A stretch of DNA of 63,311 nucleotides, counting the filler, from Pelomyxa schiedti (taxonomy: Eukaryota > Protista > Evosea), in assembly GCA_020536535.1 (NCBI GenBank). It is 6 parts of 6 records of this genome, joined end to end, with 100 filler letters (N's around TTAATTAATTAA, not from the genome) between each part and the next. Parts side by side here need not be neighbours in the genome. Positions count along the whole stretch, not along the records: positions 35,179 to 46,974 come from JAHLWZ010000645.1; positions 47,075 to 51,236 come from JAHLWZ010001631.1; 4 more parts are not named here. The stretch is one strand, 5' to 3'. Below are positions 35,180 to 47,468 of this stretch, piece by piece. Numbering within the stretch: position 1 is the first letter of the stretch; the number at the start of each line of letters is the position of its first letter. The notes under the pieces are model-generated. The model was not told the origin of the DNA and did not search any database. It saw nothing but the letters and a program-made list of their open reading frames with translations. The translations under genes and the position numbers were made by a program.

Positions 35180-37237
35180 AGCTTCCCCGCCACACGAGAG
35201 GGTTAGCGGAGGACCTTTTCCCTCCGATGCTGCTGCTGCGAGGGACCCGCGGGTGCAGCGGCAGTACAGGGACGAGAAGTACTACTCGATGTGGTTCGAC
35301 CGGCAGAAACAGGCTCAGCAGCAGCAGAGGAAGGTGCAGAGGCAGCAGGAATATGAGTTCTTCAACGCCGACGACGAGATAACCCAGAAGTACTGGAGTG
35401 CCACCAGCTTCGGCACCGAGGACGATTCTTACTCCTGTGACTGGGACGAGAACCAGAGCCAGACAAGCTGTAGCTGCAGCTACGGAAAGCAGGAAAGCGT
35501 AAGCAGCTATGATCCCACTGAAGACTTTGATGACTACGTTGCCCAGCACTCTACAAGCCACTCCAAATCGGCTTCACTACTTCCGGTGGTGTCAGGCGAT
35601 TTGTATACTTCAGGGGAATATCGTACGCGATCGAGGAGTGGTTCTCAAGCGTCATTTGCAGAATCCATAGCGGGTCTATCAGAGGTTGAGAGAAGGGAGG
35701 CCATGGCTGAAAGCAGAAGGGGAAGTAGTAGTCCTGCAGCCACTGGGCAGTTTATGAAGCATGTCCCTTTTTCCCTTGGATTTTCGGGTCATTGACTCCT
35801 GTAGTGTAGGAGCATGCTTGGAGCCGCAATATTATCAACCCCAAAAGCTTTTTCCCAGAGCGGCTTGTGGTTGGGTGTTATATTTATTCCAATACTTACC
35901 GGCATGGTGTTGGCCTCTTTATTGCTTCTCGTCAAGGTACGCAACCCATTCTATGGCGTCGACATATCATTGTTTACATCTTTCCAGAGCAAGAGAGCTG
36001 CAAATAGAAATCTGGGAGGTGACCCGTACCGCGGTCCAGGTTTCAAACAACAGCAGTCTTCTTCTTTTGTAACTCTTAACAGTGATCACTTTCAAGGATA
36101 TGGGCTCTTCAATCAATGTGGTGGCCAAATGGGGTGTCCTGCTCACTGTTGCCGCAATGCAATTATGTTATTGCACCGGCTGGGTCATTGTAATGTCAAA
36201 CACTCTACATGGCCTTCTTCCCAGCATTTACCGAATAGTTGAAATTATGTGGGTATGTCAACTGTTGACACTTCTCTTTCGGTTGTCCTAAGGACACTGT
36301 AGATTATGATAATTCTCATTGTGCTATCCTGGATTCGATTCATCAAGCACCTTGTCTATACTTCCTTAATTGGGCTTGTTATTTACATCTTTGGAGTCAT
36401 TGGGATAAGTCTATACTACGCAATTCCAAATATTGATGCCGAGCACTACGCCACAGTAACCGCTTCAAGTTACCAGGAGCTTCCGCTCTTTTTCTCTACA
36501 GTGCTATACTGCTTTGGCGGTGGCTTCAACTCAGTAATATCCTGTGAATCCACGCTCAAGGATCCAAAGAAAGCTACACAAATGATAGTGACAGGGATAC
36601 CATCCATAGGATTAATTATCGCGGCCTATGGGACTCTAATGTACATTGCCGGATTTAATTCTTGCTCTGTCGCATTGGATTGCTTGCCGGAAGTGTGCAA
36701 AATAACCACCCCGAATTTCGACTTATGAGGAAAACAAATACAGGGAACTGCAGTGACATGCGTGAAAGTACTGTTCCTGATAGCACTGCTATGCACTTAC
36801 CCACTTGGACTCTCTGTGGCCATTGAGATTGTCGAGGATGAAATATTCTCAGAGTCAACTCACTTCACCGTGCGGTGCATGTCCAGGAGTGTATTCGTAC
36901 TGGGGACTTGTGTTGTTGCTGCTGTATTCTCAGACTTTTCTGTATTCTCCAATATGGTGTGTTCCTCCATCCTTTCATTATTTAAGTGCCATTGTAATCA
37001 TCGGCCGAATCCCGGGAATAAAAAATTCATTCAATGCAGGTTGGCTCAGCACTGTTGCCTATTGTTGGGTTCATGGTACCACCATTCCTATGCTTCCGGC
37101 TGATATTACTATCGGAGACTGGGCCGTGGAACAAGTGGCATTACATTGGGTCTGCATTTCTTGTGTTTATGATTGCATTTGGGGTGTGCTTCCAGGTGTT
37201 CACTGTGTTTGGCCTCATCATGGACTACTACTACTAA
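35180..37237 (+). CDS. Amino acid transporter, AAAP/SLC36-like (Aa_trans), 5' end missing
   Basis: MLGAAILSTPKAFSQSGLWLG, LSWIRFIKHL, LPLFFSTVLYCFGG, CTYPL, VGSALLPIVGFMVPP; multiple hydrophobic segments. Confidence 0.85.
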
Positions 37238-37469
37238 TCAAATGTAAAAAGAAAAATAAGAAGCCCACTCACCAACCATAATTTCGTCTCAGTGCATTGT
37301 TTCCCCCGTAACTGCTGCTTTTCAACGCTTTCTTTTTAGGTATTTCCTGATCCCGTTCAACATACTTCTCAGTACAATTGCTCCATTCCCACGATTCATC
37401 TTGAGGGTGTCTTTGTTCTGGTCACTCCATCTCTTTTAATTTTTTCAGATTAATTGATCATTCGACGAA

Positions 37470-39480
37470 ATGTCAGGCGGTGTCGGTTCGCGTTGCGGCG
37501 AGATGGCGGCGTCAGCGCAGTCGTGGGTGTCGTCTCGCGTGGCAGCGGTGCGGGCATCTCCCCGCTCCATCGTGGTGGCCCTCGTCGCGCTGGGCGCGTA
37601 CCAGTTCGCCCACTCGTTCAAGCCCAGCGACGCCTACGTGGTCGACATCGCGGCGGAGAAGAACGTGACCAACGACGAGTACTTCTCGGACGTGGTGCCG
37701 GTCAACACCTACGCGACGCTGCCGTGCACGGTGCTGAGCGGGCTGGCCTTCGAGCTGGCGGGGTACCGGCTCGCCCTGGTGATGGAGGCGTCGGCGCTGG
37801 TGGTGGCGACGTGCCTGTTCGCGTGGGCGCGGGCGCCCGACGCGGTGGCGTGGATGCAGGCCAGCGAGGCGTTCTACGCGTTCTCGTTCGCNNNNNNNNN
37901 NNNNNNNNNNNNNNNNNNNNNNNNNNNNNNNNNNNNNNNNNNNNNNNNNNNNNNNNNNNNNNNNNNNNNNNNNNNNNNNNNNNNNNNNNNNTCGCCCTGG
38001 TGATGGAGGCGTCGGCGCTGGTGGTGGCGACGTGCCTGTTCGCGTGGGCGCGGGCGCCCGACGCGGTGGCGTGGATGCAGGCCAGCGAGGCGTTCTACGC
38101 GTTCTCGTTCGCGGCGGGGTTCTTGGTCAATTGCGCTATGTTCGTTACGCTGCCTAATGAATACTACCAGGTGGCCTGTAGGTATGTTTGTTTGTTTGTT
38201 TGTTTGTTCCTTTCTTTGTATGTGTGTTTGTTTCTTTGTTTGTTTGTTTGTTTGTATGTTTCCTATCGTTCATTTTGGTTGCGTTGCGACAAGTGGTACT
38301 CAATTCTACACTTGAAAAGTAACATACCTATCGTGTTAGAAGTGATATTTTGTATGCAAAAACTGACATACACAATAGTATCAATAGTATAACTATGCTC
38401 TTGGCACTGTTGTTATCCTCGTATATTGCTGAAGCCCTTATGTTGGTCTTTCCTGAATACACTGATTTATTGTACGTTGCTCTTGCTTCTGCTGTTGTGT
38501 GTTTGACAGTACTGATTGTTGCCTTTTTGACAAAAGCTTTGCCAAAGGTCACTCTCCTTCAAAAAATACTATACCATTAACTTTCATAACGTTAAGTCTT
38601 ATCCAGCCTCCTCCAGGAGTAGAGCTGAAGCCCTCTGCTTGGGCAAAGCACATTGCCAGGGCCTTTTGCCAGCACTACCGACACCTTTCAGTGATTCAGT
38701 GGTCCACTTTCAATGCTGTCATCTTGGGGGTTCATACAATGGTGAATCGGTCATGGAAATCCCTTATAAGTTACATAGCTGACCCCGACTCTGACCCGAA
38801 CTATGGAGCTATTTCCGGTACCTCGTATACTGCTGCTGTGGTATGCTTGGTAATTATGATGATCATCGGGAAACGAGCTACTGCTAGAAACAAAGTGGTT
38901 TCCATTTCAGTTTTATGCATTCTTCCGTTCATTACTGCATTGATTTTTGCGATGCTATCCGGTTGTAAGAACGTGCCTGCTGCAGCCGGATTTCTTATTC
39001 TCTACAACGCAATTGCCGAATGCTCCCTTGTTGTTGCCAGTGTAATGCTTGCAGATTCAATGGCGGAAACAGTTCCGCGGCCAAAGCAACCTTCGAGTAC
39101 TATTCTATCTTTCTTGATTGCCTCACATCATCCTTAACAAAAAACCAGTCAACACAGAAGAAGATCCACTGTTTAGTTCAAAGCCTGAAGAAACGAAACT
39201 TCTACCCTCTCAGGCTCATCTAATCAGTTACGCTCTTGTGTTTACTGTGAACTCTTGCATTTCCGTTGTAATGCAAGACGCCTTCATGCTTATTGTATGT
39301 CATACTCCAACATATTGTCTCTATTTTTTTAAACCGCTGAAGGTAGGAGATAGCTGTTTGAACCTGAATATTAATATGTGGTTTGTTGGATATGTTATAA
39401 TTAGTTCATGCCTTGGTGTGGCTGGGATAGTAACCTCAGTCATTCAGGCTACTCAAAAGTGCAAAGAGTCCAAGGTATAA
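37470..39480 (+). CDS. SLC19 reduced folate/thiamine carrier-like MFS transporter
   Basis: SFKPSDAYV..EKNVTNDEYFSDVVPVNTYA resembles the SLC19 RPSEPFL..KNLT..PVWTYS motif; many TM segments; contains a 100-N gap. Confidence 0.75.
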
Positions 39481-39719
39481 CAAAACCCCCAGCACCATAA
39501 AATGACCAACTCTAACAGAAGAAATTGGAGTTGATTCCCGAGCAACTCTACTGATCTATCCCTCACAATTAGACACATCTCAACACTTCATTCCCATGTT
39601 CGAATTCAAAAAAAAGAAGTTGTCTGTACCAGCTCCCCCCTGAGCAGCAGCACCACACACCAATCATCATTCAATCAAAACAAATTACCATAACTACTGG
39701 CATCTATTGATTCGTTCAT

Positions 39720-40878
39720 ATGACTACGACGCCACAAGCATCGCATCGGCCGGCACCACTCAAGCCCGGTGACGTAGACAGGATCAAGGTAGATCTCGCT
39801 GCTGTTGGTGTTGTTAATGGTGATATGTTAATTAATCGACCAACGCCGCACCGTGTTAACATAACATATGCATGTAGTGCTGTGGTTGTTTTTACGTTGT
39901 GGTGAATGTGACACACACAGACATGCCCGTTGCTGTTGCGAGTGTTTACTAAGATGGGCTATCATCACACGGCTGAGGATTTCGCCAACAGCGCTACTTT
40001 GCCTGTGAGGGATGAGCTGGACATTCACACTTGGTATGAATTTATCACTCTAACAAACAACACAAACTTACAAACATAATGTAATGCTGTGCTCAAAGGA
40101 GGGACGCCACATTGAGAGAACTGACGGAATTAATCAAGGATGTGAGGCAGGGGGCAAGAAAGCAAAATGCACTTCTATCATTTGCCCTCGTTTATCCTGA
40201 TAAATCCGGCAGAAATGTTCTGCGAGAGGCATTTTCCATTTCCCGTTATAATCATAAAATATACTCTCTAGTACGAATGTAACCAAAGTAAAGGTTGGTT
40301 GAAACCTGAAACACACACTCATTGGTGATTGATATGTCTATTATGGACAAACAACAATTCGCCACCTTTGTGTCTGTTAATTAAAACTGGGGTTAATATA
40401 AAGAGTATAAAGTATACAACAACCACACCAAACACAATAACTAACCGCACACAAAAAGGTTGGCCTTACACTTTGTAATAAACCGTCAGTTGGTGATAAC
40501 AAAACGCTGGATGACCTACACTTTGAAATTGGTGACTTCCTCGATGTTTCAATAACCGTAGCCGACATGCTTCAGTTCCGGTCACTTGAGAAAGACAGAG
40601 ACACCAACAGCTCAACAGTGGAATCTCACAGAGACAGAGACCGAGACCGAGATATTAACCGCACTGCTGAAAGAGACCGAGATAGGGAAAGAGATAGAGA
40701 CAGAGAAAGAGAAAGAGATAGGGACAGAGATGTAGAAAGAAGGGATAGATACAGAGACAGGGATACCGATAGAGTAGAAAGAGATAGGGATAGAGGAATG
40801 GACTACAACCGAGATAGAAGTGCCCCCACGCAACCACAACACACTATCACGAAGTACACCGGAAACTCCAGGACCTAG
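39720..40878 (+). CDS. SAP18: Sin3-associated protein 18 with Arg-Asp repeat tail
   Basis: VDRIK|TCPLLLRVF, IHTW..DATLRELTELIK, SFALVYPD, DNKTLDDLHFEIGDFLDVSI. Confidence 0.9.
40626..40815 (+). repeat. Purine-rich coding repeat encoding RD/RE dipeptides
   Basis: agagacagagaccgagaccgagat...; translates RDRDRDRD in the SAP18 C-terminus. Confidence 0.8.
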
Positions 40879-41988
40879 TTACACTATGTCACTACTACTC
40901 CTCTGTTATTACATCAAGGTAATAAACCAACCTCCTCTTACAAGTAATAGCTCACTTATGTTTCTGTTTCTGTTTTTTGTTTTTTTATTATTATCCAAAT
41001 CACAGAGGAACAAACCAAAGCTTTGTTTTCAAGAAAAGAAAATACATGGGTTGGATAAGGAGATTTTTCTTATTTGCGGCCTGTTAAGAGGCACTAATAC
41101 AATTACAACACATCTGCCTGCGCCTTGGTGAATTATACCCGGAGCAGCATAATGTAACTTTTGCAGGTAGCCAACAAATCAGGAATCACTCGTTGTGGCT
41201 GCCGCGGGCTCACGTGCGATCTCGTACACGTCATTATATGTAAGTTTTCCCTGTTGTTGTGCTTGTTAGTTGTTGTTTTTATTGTGCTTGGGAGTACGTA
41301 CTGACTGTATCCATGTGTTTACTGGTGTTCCGAGTACTTTCTGAAAAACCAATGTAAGAACGAAAGAAACCAATAAACTGGTGGGTCAACGCACCCATGC
41401 GGGACAAGCCATCTTGGACGCAGCGAGGTTGTTGAAGGTGGCGATCCTTCCATCCCCCGAGATCACGACAATCGGCTTGTTTATTTTCTTGATCGACCCG
41501 TTAGAAAATCAAACCACAAAAAAAAGGAGCAACGATATAAAAAAACCACACAAATACAACAAGCGAAAATCGAGTTGTGGTTAATACCATGATCTGGGCA
41601 GTTAACCTTCGCGGTTCCTCCATGTCGTGACAAGCGTACGATCCCATCGTCTCAACGTCGAAATCCTGAGGATCCATGTCGTTTATTGAATGCGTTGTGC
41701 AGCTGTGCGGTTGGGTGGGTTTTTTTTTGAAGAAATGACCAATAAAACGCGTTGGTTTAAAAATGCCAGCTTGTCCGGGGAATAACATCACGTGGTCTAT
41801 TTTCGACAGACCTGTTTCTGTGAAGATGTGTATTTGATGAAACGAGGAAAACAAAGGTCTTTCGAATTCAATAGGAGGGACAAAATGGTATTAGGAGGAG
41901 AGTGAGCACAGGGAAAGGTCCCATATACCAGGGGCTGATTGTTGTTGATATCTATTTGGTTTGGTTAGTGCATAACACCCTTAAACTC

Positions 41989-44337
41989 TCATCTATAGAT
42001 ATATATTGCGGGAATTACACACCCAAAGTCAAAACACTCCTGGAACAGTGAGGGAAGAGTGCCGGAGAGAGGTATGGTTTCCATAAGTTGGTCTTGTGGC
42101 TGTTCAAGGGATTGATAAGATACCGGCAGCGAGAGTAAAGGAGGGGCCATTGCAGTTGTAGTAGAGGTTGCCGGGGCAGAGGCACAGGAAGCTGCAGAAG
42201 AGCCAAAGACGAAAGGATTCGGGTTAGTTGCAGGAGGATTTATTTCCTGCTGGAGTTGGTAGTAGGGTTGAGGTAATGCAGGAGGTGGGGGTGAAAACAC
42301 GTGTGGGGTTGGGCCCGTATTGTCGCAGGCAGATAGGGATATGGGCATAGGAGCAGGAGGAGCCACATAATTGGGTTGGGATATTAACATGGTGGGTGTG
42401 GTTATGGTGGAGATTGGTTGCTGTGGGCGAGAGGTAGTAGCCTGAGCTGCAGAAGTGATACTTACAGTTGCTTTTTTCCCGGGAGAGGTGTGGACTGGTT
42501 GAACTGTGCGGGTGCTTGGGGTGCCGGCGCGGTTGAGTGACATGGGGATGTTTTGTAGCGGAGAAGGGTACTTTGAAGAGCGGAAGTTATCGCAGAGAGG
42601 AACAAGCGCCGCAGGAAGTGTACTTTGAATCCTTCCTAGATAAAGATGAGTTATTTTGTCCAAAATTCTTCGGAATACCAAATGGGTAAATAGGAGCCAA
42701 GGAACTAGGAGCTTTGAGTGGTTGAGATCCTTAAATACAGTAAGTTCACTAACTAATACAGTAATTTTACCTTGACTGGTGTAGGAAAATGTGACCTTCG
42801 GGCAGTTGTGCTTAAACAGTTTGGTTGCGGCTTGGGAAGATGGTGCTGCGGCCATACGTTTCTGGGGCAGGGAAACAGAAATAGAAGGGGAGCATACAGA
42901 ATTTGGAGAATTTAGAGCAGCAGTTGCAGTACTGATGAGTGCAGGGCTGTGGAATGGACTAAGAGTGGGTGAAGATAACGGGGTACTTTCACAGGGGGTG
43001 CAGGGTGGTGGAGGTGTGCAGGGTGGTGGTGTGCAGCTGCGAACTGCAGTTTGAGTTTCATTCTCGGGTTGTGTTTTTGCCTTCCCGGACATATTCAGGA
43101 AGTCTACGTTGATATAAGACGAATAAAGATACTTTTTGTTACCATCCATATTAGAGTTGGAAAGTAGCCACGTCAAAAAGCAAACACCCTGCACAAAGTG
43201 ATAAGGTGACTTTATGTGGAATATATACAACTTACAGCGGTAAGTAGAGAAACAGAAACAGCAGAAGCTGGAGTAGCTCCAGAATTGCCCCCGCTGGTTT
43301 GCAGGTAGCCCGATTCCACACCAGAAACGGGCTCAGATTTAGGCTCACTCTTGTGCCTCCTGCCCCTCTTGAATTTTGTTAAGGTACGTGAATAGAAAGA
43401 AACGCTTACCATGTGATGGTTACAAAAAAAGCAGTGGATATCACCACACCCAAATGGGGTCCTCACAGAGTTACCTCCCGCACACGGTTGTGAATTGTTC
43501 CGTGAACCAAATTCCAGCAACGTTGCATTTCTCAGAGTCATGATAAAGCTCTCTTGCTGCTTCATCAGGAGGTTGTTCTGCAGATACTGATCACGTAGAA
43601 ATTCTTGCTGAGTTTGGAATTGCTGGGAGTAGCGGATAAGAGTAGGGCTCTGCATTTCCGACTTGGGAATTTGATGGAACAGCCGTGTGTGTGCCACCAG
43701 AAACTCCTCCATCCTCGGATATCTATCAACACACACATCCGGAGTCGCCCACACAACAGCCTCCAACAGGCACACAGTGAACATGGGCAAAGACCATCGA
43801 TACCTATACAAAATATAAAATTCCAATACAAAACAAAAAACAAAGCAAAAACGAAAGACTAAGGGGAAAAAAAAAAGTGACATAGCGTACCCTGTTTTCT
43901 TTATTAACCGAGAAACGCGTAAGAACATTTTTTCCGTTTGTCGTATCAACGGGTTATTTGCTTTTCGCTGATTTGCGCTTGTTTTGTTTGGTTTTTTGTC
44001 TGTCTTGTTGTTTGACGATGAAGGGATGTTGTTGTAACGTCACACGTGTGCCTTCTTTCTTGTTTTTTATTTTTGGCGAACTGATTGTTCTCTGGCGTCA
44101 GGGGTTCGTATTATTGATTTGTTGGGAAACTTGCCGATAAGGAAGGTTGGCCGCGCGCATGGCTAGCAGTTGGGCTTTGATCTCTTCGAGTTTCTGGGTC
44201 ATCAGGAGTGCGTCGCTCAACTGCGGCAGTTGCGTGGCGGACTCCTGATCCGAGATCCTGCTCATCCTCATGAGATCTCGCGTGATTTCTTGAACTTCTC
44301 TTTCAAAGCCAGAGAGTACAGGTGCGTCCATTTCCAC
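41989..44337 (-). CDS. Hypothetical multi-exon protein, Pro/Ser/Thr-rich C-terminus
   Basis: Successive minus-strand ORFs 44098-44337, 43212-43949, 41989-43230; no recognisable domain; boundaries uncertain. Confidence 0.4.
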
Positions 44338-44675
44338 TCGCCCTAGTGTTTCTTTCAGGCGACGCTCCTGTGCCTTGTGTGAGGAGAAATTTGAGGTGTG
44401 TCACAGTACCTGGATCTCCTCGTCGTCCTGTTGTGAGATCCCTTCAGCCCGTGCAGTGCTCGTCATGCCAATACCCTCCACGGCGATCGCTTCCTCGACG
44501 GCCTGCAACAAATGCAACATCGACTCGCCACCCACTCCCAACGTCTGGGTTTTTTCTTTCTTTTGATTTCAGGGTGCAAACTGTTCCCGACATTACACCG
44601 CAGGGCAATGCTGTCACAGGTCCTACAGGATAAGTGGTTAGATCTTCAGCGAAATCAAACGAAGGGAAGGAAAAA

Positions 44676-46649
44676 ATGTCCGACGAGCCGGCGCCACCGA
44701 CACGCAAGAGACCGAGGATCCCTCACCCTCCTAAAATTAATTTTCTAATTGCGAAATCAACGACATCCGCGACTCCCCAAGTCAAAACCACGAAACCAGA
44801 TTGGCTCGGTGACATCTCCTTCCATGGTTTGAGGGCCAGTCTCCAATTTTTGCCTTTGCTGGTGTCTGCGATGTCGGGGAGATGTGGCAGAAATTCGGCG
44901 GCGAGGCTTTTGGGTGTGCACCTCGCGAGGCAATTGTGGGACACCTGGGTGGTGGGTTGCCAGAGGATTCTACATCTGGAACTTTGTGTGAGGAAAACTG
45001 CCACTTTTGGGAGGGAGTGTGCTATGAGTTTTGGGGTGTCACCTTTGTTGCTGGGGATCACAACTGGAATAAGGCTGGTGGCACTAACTGAATTGTGTGG
45101 TGCTTCTGGAGAATGCTGGTGGATAGATGAAAGCAAGATTTTTATTAAGGAATGTGGGGTACTGGCACCTGCTTTGTGGTTGCTGGACAGCCTCACTGGG
45201 AAGAAAAGGTGCCTGAAACCACGTGATCCAGAGAATCTGCTAGTTGGTCCCATTTCACGGCCAAATGGAGAGTGGTGGGTGGAGTACAACGGAAATAACA
45301 AGGTGGTAATAACCAATATGACTGCTGAGGAGCCTCCGGTTTGTTTGGAATTTCCCAATGCTGATTTTACTATTGAATCCATCGACCCAGTCAAGGTGAT
45401 TTCATCCCAGGCACTGATGCTTGTGACAAGGGGCAGCAGTACTTCACTAGTAGTTTTTGATGTTGCCAAGACCTACACCACTAAAAGCCCCCAATTTGTT
45501 AGCACCCTCCCTGATGTACTTCAAGCTTTCCCTGAGCATTGGTACACATGCAATGCTCTTTTGATGCGAAACAAAGCCGGCCAAAATATTTTCATCATAG
45601 AGGCCTTTAGCTTTGATGACATGGGTTCTGTGATTGCCGTTGAGCCAAATGGAGTGGCCCACACTCTCTGTAATCCAGACGATCATTAGACTTCCCCTAA
45701 AACAGTCTTCAGCCAACTGGGGTGTTGTCTTCCACCCAACAACTCGTTTGACAGCCAGCACGCGGCGTGGGGGCTGACACAAGGGGTGGCAGCCAGCAGG
45801 TTGTGTGGCAGCCAGCAAATCGTTTGACAGCCAGAACTTGGCATGGGAGCTGACATCTCAGGTGGAGGCTGACAAATTGTGTGGGAGCCGGCACCTGTCG
45901 GCTGTGGGAGCCTGCAAGCCTGCCACGGTCTGTCCGTGGGTGTGTGACAGCTTGCAGTTTTGTTGTCTGTGTGTGCACTGCTGTGCGTTGAGATCATTGC
46001 AAAAATAGAATNNNNNNNNNNNNNNNNNNNNNNNNNNNNNNNNNNNNNNNNNNNNNNNNNNNNNNNNNNNNNNNNNNNNNNNNNNNNNNNNNNNNNNNNN
46101 NNNNNNNNNNNTGCACAAACAACAAAACTGCAAGCTGCCACACACCCACAGACAGAGCGTGGCAGGCTTGCAGGCTCCCACAGCCAACAGGTGCTGGCTC
46201 CCACACAATTTGTCAGCCTCCACCTGAGATGTCGGCTCCCATGCCAAGTGCTGGCTGCCACCCCTTGTGTCAGCCCCCACGCCACGTGCTGGCTGTCAAA
46301 CTAGATGTTGGCTGGAAGACAACACCCCAGTTGGCTGAAGACTGTTTTAGGGGAAGTCTATTATGCACTGCAACAAGTGAGTTCCTCCCTGTTCTCAGTC
46401 TACAACAGGAACCAAAAGAGGTTGGACATCTGGGACTGCAATGACACAATGAACAAACACCCAGTCCTCAAGTCAATCCCACAAGTTGAGGAGGAATGCA
46501 TGGTGGCAGGTGCCGGTTTCATTCTGATCCTTGATGACCACAAGCAAATGCACGCAATTGAGGCCTCATCAGGCCACACTTTCATGTCATTCGAGATTCC
46601 AGGGTGGGTCATCACTGACCTGGTTGGATGTGCTTCCTTCTTGTGGTAA
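44676..46649 (+). pseudogene. WDCN-family gene interrupted by MITE insertion
   Basis: RASLQFLPLLVSAMSGRCG...VVFDVAKTY...NPDDH | insertion | YYALQQVSSSLF...LDIWDCND; reading frame restored on removing the element plus one TA. Confidence 0.82.
45689..46358. mobile_element. Non-autonomous long-TIR DNA transposon (MITE/foldback), TA target-site duplication
   Basis: Left end gacttcccctaaaacagtcttcagccaactgggg is the reverse complement of right end ccccagttggctgaagactgttttaggggaagtc; imperfect inverted repeat extends about 250 bp; TA at 45687-45688 and 46359-46360; centre is a 100-N gap. Confidence 0.88.
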
Positions 46650-47468
46650 CAAACAGGAAAAAGAACTCATTTTGTGTTTCCAATTGGCTGAATAAAAAAA
46701 AACACCAGACCACCGATCCTGAGCGACGATAACGAAAATGACAGCGTTCCGGTCCGTTGATTATTTTCTTCCGCCAATTGGCAGTGCAGGCGAATTTGTG
46801 GGTTTCCAGGAACGAAAATTCGGGAAATCATCAGCGTTTTTGTTGGGGGTTGTGGCACCCAGCTTGGTGCGTCGTTCGTGTGTGTACCACGTTCACCCTC
46901 TTCTACTAACCCATAAGTGTATCATGTGGCCACTAATCCATCTTTTTCGACTCGTTGCACATACAGACGCCAGGNNNNNNNNNNNNNNNNNNNNNNNNNN
47001 NNNNNNNNNNNNNNNNNNTTAATTAATTAANNNNNNNNNNNNNNNNNNNNNNNNNNNNNNNNNNNNNNNNNNNNGGGACAGCCGCCTCGCTGGGCTCCCT
47101 CTCCCGCACCTGGACAACCCCGAGCACGCAAAACCAACAAACTGCGATCGCGCCTCGATCACCGGCCGAATCGTTGCTGTTGGTTTCATTTAGTCCGGTT
47201 CTTTCCCCGAAATCAAATTAGCACCGTCAAAGCACCCCTGTTGCATCAGCGCAATGAAACCCTCCCCAACTTGGAACTGGCCATTGAGTGGGAAGATGTA
47301 CACAGGTGTCTCAAATTCATCAGTTGAATAAACACCGAGAGTGTTGTTGGTAAGTCCTCTTTTGCAAAGTGTGTATAATCAACTTTGTGCACAAGCCGGT
47401 TGTTGGTTGCAAAGTCTCATGATCTTTGGAGCTGAAAGCCATGTTGCGGAGGCTTCTGAATCCATGGA

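Noticed and set aside
37770-38112. Exact direct repeat flanking a 100-N gap in the SLC19-like gene
   Set aside because: Identical sequence on both sides of a scaffold gap is most simply an unmerged contig overlap.
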